Assembly (NCBI GenBank): GCA_035319645.1
Contig: DATHCI010000119.1
Coordinates: forward strand, 32,401 to 96,400
Reading direction: 5' to 3'
Length of the DNA: 64,000 bases
DNA from: Methylocystis sp.
GTDB lineage: Bacteria; Pseudomonadota; Alphaproteobacteria; Rhizobiales; Beijerinckiaceae
The notes beneath the pieces were generated by a model. That model was not told the DNA's origin, did not search any database, and worked only from the letters and a program-made list of their open reading frames with translations. Of the stretch, positions 53,112 through 64,000 are shown one piece after another. The translations under genes were made by a program, and so were the position numbers. Numbering within the stretch: the first letter of the stretch is position 1; each line of letters opens with the position of its first letter.

Positions 53112-54037
53112 GGGCGCGGCTCGCCTCGCTCGATATCGCCCGCGGCGTCGCGATCATCGCGATGATCGCCTATCATTTGTTCTGGGACCTGGGAAATTTC
53201 GGCTATATCGATCCCGCTCTGCCTTATTCGCCGCAGGTGAAATTCTTAGGGCACCTGATCGCCATCAGCTTCCTGCTCATCGTCGGCGTGAGCCTCGTCC
53301 TGGCGCAGGACAAGGGCCAGGGAGCGTTCTGGCGGCGCATTGCGCTGATCGCTGGCGCCGCGGCGCTCGTCTCGCTCGGCACCTATCTGATGTTTCCGGA
53401 GGCCTTCGTGTTCTTCGGCATTCTGCATTGCATCGCGGCTGCGAGCGTGCTGGCCCTTCCGCTGCTCAATCTGCCTTGGTTCGCGTCGCTCCTCGCTGCG
53501 GCGCTGTCGATTTTCGCGCCCCTGCTGTTGCTGAACGCCATCTTCGACGCGCCGTTCCTGACCTGGATCGGCCTCTCGACGAGCAACCCGCCGACCAACG
53601 ACTATCGGCCGCTTCTGCCCTGGGCGGGCTATGTCTTTCTCGGCGTCGCCGCGGCGCAGCTGTGGCGCGCCCGAGCGCTCGCGCCGCTCTGCGCGGACTG
53701 GAGGAACCCGCCGTTCGCTTTCCTCGGGCGTCACAGCCTCGCGATCTATCTCATTCACCAGCCGATTCTCTTCGGCCTGTTCCAGGGCGTCGCATCGATC
53801 GGCGCGTTCCGAACGCCGATGGACGACGAGGTCTTTCTCGGGCAGTGCGAGGCATCCTGCGTCGAAAAGCTCGACGCCGCCTATTGTCATGCGCAATGCC
53901 TGTGCATTGCGGACGGCATGCGGAACGTCACGCTCGGCGAGCTCGTCGACTCCGAGGAACGGGTCCGGCGTATCCAGGAGCTTGCGCAAATCTGCGCCGA
54001 GCGGGTCGAAACCAAGCCTCGAGAGCAACAGCAATAA
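53108..54037 (+). CDS. DUF1624 / HGSNAT-catalytic-domain-like membrane acyltransferase with Cys-rich C-terminal domain
   Basis: R..SLDIARG.A...MIAYH..WD, FFGILH, DY.PLLPW, GRHSL.IYLIHQP; tail with CxxxC..CxxxCxC..C. Confidence 0.85.
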   Translation: MRARLASLDIARGVAIIAMIAYHLFWDLGNFGYIDPALPYSPQVKFLGHLIAISFLLIVGVSLVLAQDKGQGAFWRRIALIAGAAALVSLGTYLMFPEAFVFFGILHCIAAASVLALPLLNLPWFASLLAAALSIFAPLLLLNAIFDAPFLTWIGLSTSNPPTNDYRPLLPWAGYVFLGVAAAQLWRARALAPLCADWRNPPFAFLGRHSLAIYLIHQPILFGLFQGVASIGAFRTPMDDEVFLGQCEASCVEKLDAAYCHAQCLCIADGMRNVTLGELVDSEERVRRIQELAQICAERVETKPREQQQ

Positions 54038-54127
54038 GTGCGATGGAGTTTTCAAAGCAGGACGTCGAGACTGGCGCCCGGTCGCGCTTCGGACTCGTCG
54101 AGCGACTGGACGACAGGAGCCTCGACA

Positions 54128-54526
54128 TCAGTCTTGGGTGTGAGCGGCCTTCGTTTTCGCCCGCAACCAGTCGGCAAATTCCTGCTCCGCCAATTGTCCC
54201 GAAGCCAGCGCCAGCATGGCGGCGGTCGCGTTTACCTCATCGCTGACCAATTCCAGGCCATTCGAACGCAAAAACACATAAGCGGCCAGAAACGCCGTGC
54301 GCTTATTTCCGTCGACGAACGGGTGGTTGCGGGCGATGCCGGACGCATAAGCTGCGGCCAGCGCGCAGGGCTCGACCTCGCCGCAGGCATGACGGTTCCG
54401 CGGACGGGCGAGCGCGGAGTCGAGCAATCCCGCGTCGCGAAGCCCCGGCTTGCCGCCATGCTCGACGAGCTGCGCGTCATGCATCGCGTCGACGACGGTT
54501 CTCAAAACCCAAACCGGCTCAGCCAC
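54128..54526 (-). CDS. doc: Type II TA toxin, Doc (Fic family)
   Basis: GLRD.GLLDSALARP, NHPFVDGNKRTA. Confidence 0.95.
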   Translation of the reverse strand: MAEPVWVLRTVVDAMHDAQLVEHGGKPGLRDAGLLDSALARPRNRHACGEVEPCALAAAYASGIARNHPFVDGNKRTAFLAAYVFLRSNGLELVSDEVNATAAMLALASGQLAEQEFADWLRAKTKAAHTQD

Positions 54527-54535
54527 CCGAGCCGC

Positions 54536-54763
54536 TCACTTTGCGAGTTCGCGCAGCGCGTTTCGAAATCTTCGCATGCCTTCGCGGGCGAAACCCATCT
54601 GTTCCTCGAACGCGGGATCATAGGGCGTTACGCGCAGAGAGCCGTCCGGCGCTTCAGTGAGATAGAGGACGTCCCCTTTCTTCAGATTGAGGCGCGTCAA
54701 TGTTTCCTTCGGCAGAACGACCCCGAGCGAGTTCCCGACGGGGCGGATCTTCAGCTGCGTCAT
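54536..54763 (-). CDS. AbrB/MazE-family antitoxin
   Basis: KIRPVGNSLGVVLPKE, L..GD.LYL, TPYDP.F. Confidence 0.93.
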   Translation of the reverse strand: MTQLKIRPVGNSLGVVLPKETLTRLNLKKGDVLYLTEAPDGSLRVTPYDPAFEEQMGFAREGMRRFRNALRELAK

Positions 54764-54972
54764 GCTGGTTCCCGGCTGCGTGACTACGTCCGTGGCAACA
54801 TAACAGAATCGATCGGACGATGCGAGCCGCGCGAACCGTCGGTGCTTTTAAACCGCGGTTTTGGACGAAACCCGCGCCGCCGCGCGAGAAGCCGTGACCC
54901 GGAATCCCCTGGACGCCGCTTTCGCCAGCGACTAAGCAGCGGCTCCGCCTGCAACGAGGATCCGCGCCGCCC

Positions 54973-55872
54973 ATGACGACCCGCATCGACGCCCGCTTCC
55001 AGCACCTTGCCGCCGAGGGACGCGCCGCGCTTGTCACATTCGTCATGGCGGGCGACCCCGATCTTTCGACCTCGCTCGAAATCCTGAGGGCGCTGCCCGC
55101 AGCCGGCGCCGACGTCATCGAAGTCGGCATGCCCTTCACCGACCCCATGGCCGACGGCCCCGCCATCCAGGCCGCCGGCCTGCGCGCGCTCAAGGCCGGA
55201 ACGACGCTCAGGAAGACGCTGAATCTCGTGCGGCGCTTCCGCGAAGGCGACGGCGCGACGCCGATCGTGCTCATGGGCTACTACAACCCGATCTACGTCT
55301 ATGGCCCAGAGCCTTTTCTCGCCGCGGCGAAGGAGGCCGGCGTTGACGGGCTCATCGTCGTGGACCTGCCGCCCGAGGAGGACGCCGAGCTCTGCATCCC
55401 GGCGCGCCGGGCCGGATTGAACTTCATCCGCCTTGCGACGCCGACGACGGACGACAAGCGCCTGCCGAAGGTGCTCGAAAACACGAGCGGCTTCGTCTAC
55501 TATGTCTCGCTCACCGGGATCACGGGAGCGGCGCTCGCTGATTATTCCGGGGTCGCCGAGGCGGTGAAGCGGCTGAAGCGCCACACTGCTTTGCCGATCG
55601 CCGTAGGATTTGGCGTGAAGACCGCCGGGAACGCCGCCGCTGTGGCGCGGGTTGCGGACGGGGTCGTCGTGGGGACGGCGCTTGTCGCGGCGTTGCGGGA
55701 GTCTCTTGACTTAGACGGCGCAGCGACGGAACGAACGGTTGCGGCGGTGACTGGCCTGGTTTCGCGTCTTTCGTCCGGCGTGCGCGAGGCGCGTCTGGAG
55801 AAGTCGGCGGACTGGTCGCAAAACCCGATCGTCAAAGGCTTTCTCGCGCTCCTTGAACGGATCGGGGCCTGA
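54973..55872 (+). CDS. trpA: Tryptophan synthase alpha chain (C-terminally extended)
   Basis: [33 protein letters not shown]. Confidence 0.97.
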   Translation: MTTRIDARFQHLAAEGRAALVTFVMAGDPDLSTSLEILRALPAAGADVIEVGMPFTDPMADGPAIQAAGLRALKAGTTLRKTLNLVRRFREGDGATPIVLMGYYNPIYVYGPEPFLAAAKEAGVDGLIVVDLPPEEDAELCIPARRAGLNFIRLATPTTDDKRLPKVLENTSGFVYYVSLTGITGAALADYSGVAEAVKRLKRHTALPIAVGFGVKTAGNAAAVARVADGVVVGTALVAALRESLDLDGAATERTVAAVTGLVSRLSSGVREARLEKSADWSQNPIVKGFLALLERIGA

Positions 55873-55892
55873 GCCTTCACGAGGTAGCGGTC

Positions 55893-56765
55893 ATGAACTG
55901 GTATTCCGACGTCGTCCCGCCGAAGATCAAGGCCATCCTCAAGCGCGAGGCGCCCGAGAACCTCTGGGTCAAATGCCCCGAGAGCGGCCAGCTCGTGTTC
56001 CACAAGGACATCGAGAACAATCTTTATGTCGTTCCGGGCTCCGGCTATCACATGCGCTTTCCGGTCGAAGCCCGGCTCGCGAGCCTGTTCGACGACAGCG
56101 CCTGCGAGCTCATGGCGACGCCCGAAGTCCCTGCTGATCCGCTGAAATTCCGCGACATCAAGCGCTACAGCGATAAGATCAAGGAGACCCGCGCCAAGAC
56201 CGGTCGTTCGGACGCCGTAGCCGTGGCCGTGGGACGCCTGAAGGAGATCCTCGTCACGGTGGCCGTGCAGGATTTCGAGTTCATGGGGGGCTCGCTCGGC
56301 CTTGCCGCCGGCGAGGCCATCATCGCGGCCGCGACGCACGCGCTCGAGAAGCGCACGCCCTTCATTATCTTCACGGCTTCGGGCGGCGCCCGCATGCAGG
56401 AGGGCATGTTCTCGCTCATGCAGATGCCGCGCACGACGATCGCCGTGCGCCGGCTGCGCAAGGAGCGGCTGCCCTACATCGTCATTCTGACCAATCCGAC
56501 GACGGGCGGCGTCACGGCTTCCTACGCCATGCTCGGCGACATCCAGATCGCCGAGCCCGGCGCGATCATCGGCTTCGCCGGCGCGCGAGTCATCGAGCAG
56601 ACGATCCGCGAGAAGCTGCCCGAGGGATTCCAGCGCGCCGAGTATCTGAAGGATCACGGCATGGTCGACATGGTCGTGCCGCGCCAGGAGATGCGCGACA
56701 CGCTCGCCCGTCTCTGCGGCCTGCTGACCAAGGCGCCTGCGCAACGTCAGCCCGCCCTGGCTTGA
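55893..56765 (+). CDS. accD: Acetyl-CoA carboxylase carboxyltransferase beta subunit
   Basis: [42 protein letters not shown]. Confidence 0.97.
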   Translation: MNWYSDVVPPKIKAILKREAPENLWVKCPESGQLVFHKDIENNLYVVPGSGYHMRFPVEARLASLFDDSACELMATPEVPADPLKFRDIKRYSDKIKETRAKTGRSDAVAVAVGRLKEILVTVAVQDFEFMGGSLGLAAGEAIIAAATHALEKRTPFIIFTASGGARMQEGMFSLMQMPRTTIAVRRLRKERLPYIVILTNPTTGGVTASYAMLGDIQIAEPGAIIGFAGARVIEQTIREKLPEGFQRAEYLKDHGMVDMVVPRQEMRDTLARLCGLLTKAPAQRQPALA

Positions 56766-56775
56766 AGAGCGCGCA

Positions 56776-58092
56776 ATGGATCAGCACGACGCGATTCTGA
56801 CGCGCCTGCTCGACCTTCACCCAAAGAAGATCGACCTGTCGCTCGGGCGCATCGCGCGGCTGCTCGAAGCCCTTGACCGGCCGGATCTCAGGCTGCCGCC
56901 GGTCATCCATGTCGCCGGCACCAACGGCAAGGGCTCGACGCTGGCCTTCCTGCGCGCCATGCTCGAGGCGAGCGGCGCCCGCGCGCATGTTTACACATCG
57001 CCGCATCTCCTGCGCTTCAACGAGCGCATCCGGCTCGCGTCCGAAAGCGGCGGAAAGCTTGTCGACGACGGGGCGCTCGCTGAGGCGCTCGAGCTCTGCG
57101 AGCGCGTCAACGGGGCGCAACCGATCACTTTCTTCGAGATCACCACGGCGGCGGCGTTTCACCTTTTCGCCAACACGCCCGCCGACTGGCTGCTGCTCGA
57201 GACAGGCCTCGGCGGGCGGTACGACGCGACCAACGTCATCACCGCGCCGAAGGCGGCGATCGTGACGTCGATCTCGCTCGATCACACCGAATTCCTCGGC
57301 GACACGATCGAGAAGATCGCATACGAAAAGGCGGGCATATTCAAACGCGGCGCGCCGGCCATCGTCGGATTCCAGGGCGAGATCGCGCGCGACGTTCTGG
57401 AACGCGAGGCTCGACGCCTCGGAACGCGGCCGCTCATCGCCGGCGAGGACTTTCAGATTTTCTTCGAGAACGGACGCCTCGCCTTCGAGGACGCGCAGGG
57501 ACTCCTCGACTTGCCGGCGCCGCGGCTGCCGGGCCGCCACCAGCACCAGAACGCGGCTGCGGCCATAGCGGCGCTGCGAGCGATCAAGCCGGATTTTCCG
57601 GCTGCAGCGATGGAAGCCGGACTGCTCGAGGCCAGATGGCCGGCGCGGCTGCAGAGCCTGACCAGCGGGCGGCTCGTCGCCCTCGCGCCTGAAGGCGCCG
57701 AGATCTGGATCGACGGCGGTCACAATGAGGACGGCGGTCGGGTGCTCGCGGAAGCAATGGCCGAGTTCGAAGACAAAAATCCTCGGCCCCTGGCGCTCAT
57801 TTGCGGCGCTCAAGTGACGAAGGATATCGGAGCCTTGCTGCGTCACTTTGTTGGACTTGCGCGTCAGGTCGTGGCGACTCCGGTGGAGGGAGAGCACAAG
57901 TGCTGGCCGGCTGAAGACGTTGCAATCGCCGCGCGAGCCCGGGGCATTTCCGCGCAGCCCGCGGCGAGTCTCGAGGACGCCCTCGCCATCCTGCGGGCGA
58001 CGCCCTTCGCGTCGCCGCCGCGCCTGCTCATCGCCGGCTCGCTCTATCTCGCTGCGAGCGCCCTGGCGCTGAACGGCTCCAAAATTGACTAG
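56776..58092 (+). CDS. folC: Folylpolyglutamate / dihydrofolate synthase
   Basis: HVAGTNGKGST, TSPHL, ETGLGGRYDATN, DGGHN, GSLYLA. Confidence 0.97.
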   Translation: MDQHDAILTRLLDLHPKKIDLSLGRIARLLEALDRPDLRLPPVIHVAGTNGKGSTLAFLRAMLEASGARAHVYTSPHLLRFNERIRLASESGGKLVDDGALAEALELCERVNGAQPITFFEITTAAAFHLFANTPADWLLLETGLGGRYDATNVITAPKAAIVTSISLDHTEFLGDTIEKIAYEKAGIFKRGAPAIVGFQGEIARDVLEREARRLGTRPLIAGEDFQIFFENGRLAFEDAQGLLDLPAPRLPGRHQHQNAAAAIAALRAIKPDFPAAAMEAGLLEARWPARLQSLTSGRLVALAPEGAEIWIDGGHNEDGGRVLAEAMAEFEDKNPRPLALICGAQVTKDIGALLRHFVGLARQVVATPVEGEHKCWPAEDVAIAARARGISAQPAASLEDALAILRATPFASPPRLLIAGSLYLAASALALNGSKID

Positions 58093-58347
58093 ATGCGGCA
58101 AAGGTCAAGGCGCCGCGGCCCTGTCAAAATTGCGCGCATAATGTGAAAAAGAGTGGCTTCGCGAGCTGTGAGCACCATTTTCTGCTTAGTAGCGCTTGCT
58201 CACGAAGGCCGTGGGGCGAAGCGAGTCCTTCTCGGGCGCGACGCCCGCCGGCATGGATTTCGGGCGACTTGAGGGAGCTGTTGTGAGGAGCGCCTTTCAT
58301 ACCCATACAAATGTATCGACATTGTCGCCGCATGCGGACCGCTACTC

Positions 58348-58956
58348 ATGACCTCGCCAAGGCTCGTGCATGTCATCGAAGACGACCCGGGGGTTCTCCA
58401 CTCCATTGAGCTCCTGCTGTCCGCAGAGGGATTCGAGGTAAAAACCTATGCGTCGGCGGAGAGCTTCCTGGAGGGGATCGGGTCGAGCCTGCAGGGATGC
58501 GTCGTGACCGATGTGCGCATGCCCGGCATGAGCGGCGTCGAGCTGTTATCGAAAATCAAGGATCGAGGTCTCGCTGCGCCGGTCGTCGTCATCACCGGCC
58601 ACGGCGACATACCGCTCGCCGTGCGCGCGATGAAGCTCGGCGCCCTGGACCTCTTGGAAAAGCCCTTCCGCCCGGAGGATCTTATCTCCTCGATCCGCCA
58701 GGCGCTGTCTATCCGACATGCCGGACGAGAGGGCGACGAAGCTCTGGAGCGGCAGAGGCGTCTGGCGACGCTGAGCGCGCGCGAGAGCGACGTGCTCAAG
58801 GGCCTGCTCAAGGGGCTGCCCAACAAGATCATCGCCCATGAGCTCGGCATCAGCCCGCGCACGGTCGAGATCCACCGCGCCAATGTGATGAAGAAGACGC
58901 AAGCCGGCAGCCTCGCTGAGCTCGTGCGCATGTCGCTCGGCGTCGTCGAGGAGTAG
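58348..58956 (+). CDS. fixJ: FixJ-family response regulator (REC plus LuxR HTH)
   Basis: TDVRMPGMSG, TGHGDIPLAV.AMK.GA, KP, NKIIAHELGISPRTVEIHRANVM. Confidence 0.88.
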   Translation: MTSPRLVHVIEDDPGVLHSIELLLSAEGFEVKTYASAESFLEGIGSSLQGCVVTDVRMPGMSGVELLSKIKDRGLAAPVVVITGHGDIPLAVRAMKLGALDLLEKPFRPEDLISSIRQALSIRHAGREGDEALERQRRLATLSARESDVLKGLLKGLPNKIIAHELGISPRTVEIHRANVMKKTQAGSLAELVRMSLGVVEE

Positions 58957-59126
58957 GCGGCGGCGCACGTGTCGTGCGAGCGGCGCCTGCGTCGCGCCGA
59001 GCCTGAAGGCGGAGCGCTCGGCCCCGCGTCCGAGATTTCTGTTGGGTCCCCTCATATTTTTGCTGCATCGGCCGGGACGCGTGCTATAGAGCGACGCGAA
59101 GCGCACAGGCCCTCCCGGCGCCGGTC

Positions 59127-59211
59127 GCGGGCGTGGCGGAACTGGTAGACGCGCCGGATTTAGGTTCCGGTGACGCAAGTCGTGGGGGTTCGAGTCCCTT
59201 CGCCCGCACCA
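59127..59211 (+). tRNA. tRNA-Leu (anticodon UAG)
   Basis: Acceptor GCGGGCG/CGCCCGC, D-loop TGGTAGA, anticodon arm CCGGA-TTTAGGT-TCCGG, long variable arm, GGTTCGAGTCC, encoded CCA; typical position upstream of tig. Confidence 0.97.
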
Positions 59212-59335
59212 CGCGCAGCCGCTTCCGCGCCCGATCGAGTCCGCCCAAGAGCGCCGGACCTCCGCCGACGAGGCTCAAACCCGCAAAAAGAGGTTTCGCG
59301 CGAACCTCCCGGATATGTTGCAAAAGGCCGATGAC

Positions 59336-60931
59336 ATGCAAGTGACGCAAATCCTGTCCCAGGGCTTGAAGCGGGAATTCAGGGTCGTTCTGGCGAGCGG
59401 GGATCTCGCCTCGCAGCTCGACTCCAAGCTCGAGGAAATGCGGCCCAAGGTTCAGCTCAAGGGATTTCGCCCGGGCAAGGCCCCGGTCACCCATTTGAAG
59501 CGGATTTACGGGCGCGACATCATGGGCGAGATCGTCCAGACCGCCGTCGAGGACGCCAACCGCAGGATCATCTCCGAAAACAATTTCCGGCTGGCGACGC
59601 AACCCAAGCTCGACTTCGCGGGCGGACAGGAAGCTGTCGAGAACGCCCTGCGCGCCAACGGCGATCTCGACTATGTGCTGAGCTTTGAAACGCTACCCAA
59701 AATCGAGCTCGGGGTTTTCGACGACATCGCCATCGAGCGACCCGTCGCCGAGGTCAGGGACGAAGACGTCGACCTGGCGTTGCGGGAGCTCGTCGAGCGG
59801 GCGCCGGACTATGAGACGCTGGAGGAAGGCGCCAAGGCCGAGAAGAACGACCGGTTGACGATCGATTTCGACGGCAAGATCGACGGCGAGTCCTTCGAGG
59901 GCGGAAAGCGCGAGGACTTTGCGGTCGTGCTGGGGGCGAGCGCGCTCATTCCCGGCTTCGAGGAGCAACTCGATGGCGCGAGCCCGGGCGAGAGCCGCCT
60001 CATCAGGGCGCGCTTTCCGGATGTTTTCGCCACGGCGAGCCTGGCCGGGCGCGAGGCTGAATTCGACGTGGTCATCAAGAAAGTCGAGCGCCCGAAGCCT
60101 GTCGTGTTCGACGACGAGCTCGCCAAGAAATGGGGATTCGACACGCTCGAGGCGTTCAGAGCCGCGGTCCGCGGCAATCTTGAGGCGGATTTCGACAAGG
60201 CGACGCGCGACAAGGTCAAGCGCGCCCTGCTCGACGCGCTCGACCAGCGCTACAAGTTCGAGACGCCCGAAAGTCTCGTCGATTCCGAGTTCGAGACCAT
60301 CTGGCGCGAGTATGAGGTCGAACGCCGGGCGAGCGAGGGCAAGGCCGAGGCGCGCAGCGAGGACGAGCTGCGCGGAGAGTTTCGCGAGATCGCCGAGCGA
60401 CGGGTCCGCCTGGGATTGCTGATGGCCGAGATCGGCCAGTCGGTCAACGTGACGATCGAGGAGAAGGACCTCGTGGACGCCATCGTCGCGCAGGCGCGCC
60501 AGTTCCCCGGCCAGGAAAAGGCGGTCTGGGACTATTATCGCAACAATGAGCAGGCGCTCGCGACGCTGCGCGCGCCGCTCTATGAGGAGAGGGTCGTGGC
60601 GCATCTCTCGAGCGTCATCAAGCTCTCCAACAAGCCGGTGTCTCGCGAGGAACTGTTCGCCGAAGAGGAGGATTTGCCCGCCCCTGCGCCGGCTGCCGCC
60701 GCCTCGGCGGCGCCTGCGCCCGGATCGACCCCCATCCCCGAGCCTGTGGCGGAGGCGGCGCCGGAGCTTCAGCACACGCCTGAACCGGCCGTCGAACCCG
60801 AACATGTGTCGGAGGCGTCGTTTGCGCCGGAGGCTGAGCCTAGCCTTGAGCCTGCTCACGCGCACGAACCGGCTGTGTCCGAGTCGGCGCCCGAACATCC
60901 GTCCGCGCCCTTCGAGCCCTCGTCCCCCTGA
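59336..60931 (+). CDS. tig: Trigger factor with a Pro/Ala/Glu-rich C-terminal extension
   Basis: MQVT...GLKRE, GFRPGKAP, FKBP domain (IPGFEEQL), ERRVRLGL; RBS-proximal ATG at 59336. Confidence 0.95.
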   Translation: MQVTQILSQGLKREFRVVLASGDLASQLDSKLEEMRPKVQLKGFRPGKAPVTHLKRIYGRDIMGEIVQTAVEDANRRIISENNFRLATQPKLDFAGGQEAVENALRANGDLDYVLSFETLPKIELGVFDDIAIERPVAEVRDEDVDLALRELVERAPDYETLEEGAKAEKNDRLTIDFDGKIDGESFEGGKREDFAVVLGASALIPGFEEQLDGASPGESRLIRARFPDVFATASLAGREAEFDVVIKKVERPKPVVFDDELAKKWGFDTLEAFRAAVRGNLEADFDKATRDKVKRALLDALDQRYKFETPESLVDSEFETIWREYEVERRASEGKAEARSEDELRGEFREIAERRVRLGLLMAEIGQSVNVTIEEKDLVDAIVAQARQFPGQEKAVWDYYRNNEQALATLRAPLYEERVVAHLSSVIKLSNKPVSREELFAEEEDLPAPAPAAAASAAPAPGSTPIPEPVAEAAPELQHTPEPAVEPEHVSEASFAPEAEPSLEPAHAHEPAVSESAPEHPSAPFEPSSP

Positions 60932-61084
60932 GTCGAGATGCGCCGCCGCCCGGCTCAGGCCAGGCGGACGAGAGCATGGAACGGCGAGGCTTCGCCAGAG
61001 CCTTGCCGCGACGGCGAAATTTGACTACAGGCTGGCGCAACAAGGCTGGCTGCCGCCAGAGCCGACAAGAAAGGCGTCCGTCAC

Positions 61085-61723
61085 GTGCGCGATCCAATCG
61101 ACCTCTACAACCAATATCTCATCCCGCAGGTGATCGAGAACACCTCTCGCGGGGAACGCGGCTTTGACATTTATTCGCGACTGCTGCGCGAGCGCATCAT
61201 CTTCCTGACCGGCCCCGTCGAAGATCACATGGCGTCGGTGATCATCGCCCAGCTCCTGTTCCTCGAGTCCGAAAACCCGAAGAAGGAGATCGCTCTCTAC
61301 GTCAACTCGCCGGGCGGCGTCGTCAGCTCGGGCCTCGCGATCTACGACACGATGCAATTCATCAAGCCCAAGGTTTCGACGCTCTGCGTCGGCCAGGCTG
61401 CGTCGATGGGGTCGCTGCTGCTTTGCGCCGGCCAGGCCGGCCTGCGCTTCGCGCTGCCAAATGCTCGAGTCATGCTGCATCAGCCTTCGGGCGGCTTCCA
61501 GGGACAGGCCTCGGACATCCAGCGCCACGCCGAAGACATTCTCAAGGTCAAGCGCCGGCTCAACGAGATCTACGAGCGCCACTCGGGTCGCGACTATGAC
61601 ACGATCGAGCGCACGCTTGATCGCGACCACTTCATGAGCGCGGAGGAAGCGAAGGCGTTCGGCATCGTCGACCACGTGCAGTCGAAGCGGCCCGACGAAG
61701 AAACCGAAGAAAAAAGCAGCTGA
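61085..61723 (+). CDS. clpP: ATP-dependent Clp protease proteolytic subunit
   Basis: [38 protein letters not shown]; GTG start. Confidence 0.97.
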   Translation: MRDPIDLYNQYLIPQVIENTSRGERGFDIYSRLLRERIIFLTGPVEDHMASVIIAQLLFLESENPKKEIALYVNSPGGVVSSGLAIYDTMQFIKPKVSTLCVGQAASMGSLLLCAGQAGLRFALPNARVMLHQPSGGFQGQASDIQRHAEDILKVKRRLNEIYERHSGRDYDTIERTLDRDHFMSAEEAKAFGIVDHVQSKRPDEETEEKSS

Positions 61724-61813
61724 GACGGCGCGACTGAAGGGAGAGCGTCCCCGTCCGCCCGGGAGACCACGGCCGGCGGACGCTATGGGCATCGTTCGAG
61801 GGCTGGGGCGCTC

Positions 61814-63823
<2,010 letters not shown>

Positions 63824-63897
63824 GCTGCTTGTAGGGCTGCACACGTTTCGATTATGACTTTGAGCCGGGCGGCGTTTCGATCGCGGGCGCCCTCGTC

Positions 63898-64000
63898 TCA
63901 CGAGTGGCCGACGGACATGTACCGAAGCGCGGCGAGGAGAATGCCGGTCGCCGCGATGATGAGACCGCCCAGCTCGATCGTCATCCTCAATTCGAGCTCG
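63898..64000 (-). CDS. C-terminal part of a DUF1640/CCDC90-like coiled-coil plus TM protein (start lies beyond the window)
   Basis: Manual translation ..ELELRMTIELGGLIIAATGILLAALRYMSVGHS*. Confidence 0.65.
   Translation of the reverse strand, partial: ELELRMTIELGGLIIAATGILLAALRYMSVGHS

Noticed and set aside
58093-58347. FixK/FNR box upstream of fixJ
   Set aside because: No TTGA-N6-TCAA match at the correct spacing was found.
59127-59211. tRNA-Leu as a prophage or island attachment site
   Set aside because: No integrase, no duplicated tRNA 3' end seen, and the native tRNA-Leu-tig order is intact.
61730-61800. Glycine-riboswitch-like words (CTGAAGG, GGAGA) upstream of pccA
   Set aside because: Too short, elements out of order, no CTCAGG; only a simple CGTCCGCC/GGCGGACG hairpin.

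Overview
GC-rich alphaproteobacterial chromosomal window (Hyphomicrobiales). Gene content and protein style suggest Methylocystaceae such as Methylocystis/Methylosinus; that assignment is inference. It is mostly core genes: fadJ, hemY plus a Mic60/mitofilin-like gene, ung, pitA, pnp-rpsO, hldD-hldE, prfC plus a polyamine ABC transporter, an acyl-CoA dehydrogenase, podJ, rnd-lptC-lptA, the Mo/NAD formate dehydrogenase operon fdsGBACD, ssb, a LysR regulator, shc, trpA-accD-folC, fixJ, tRNA-Leu(UAG)-tig-clpP and pccA. Interleaved are two intact type II toxin-antitoxin pairs, several decaying genes (hicB, a GyrI-like gene with an apparently lost start codon, a DUF2267-like gene, possibly the A24 peptidase) and a cluster of uncharacterised exported proteins at 16.7-22.4 kb. 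No CRISPR array, rRNA, transposase or integrase was seen. Best leads: (1) a His-rich HQxGHxGH triple repeat inside an enlarged PodJ; (2) a possible hopanoid-tailoring unit of shc, a Tat protein and an HGSNAT-like acyltransferase with a Cys6 tail; (3) an AT-richer gene for an exported tail-fibre-like 17-aa-repeat protein behind CtrA-like boxes; (4) a 152-aa protein with a SAM-lyase/DUF3574-like motif layout; (5) a secreted Gly/Tyr/Arg/His low-complexity protein; (6) repeated break-up of conserved operons, with TA modules or foreign genes at the breakpoints. All family calls come from reading motifs by eye; no database searches were run.
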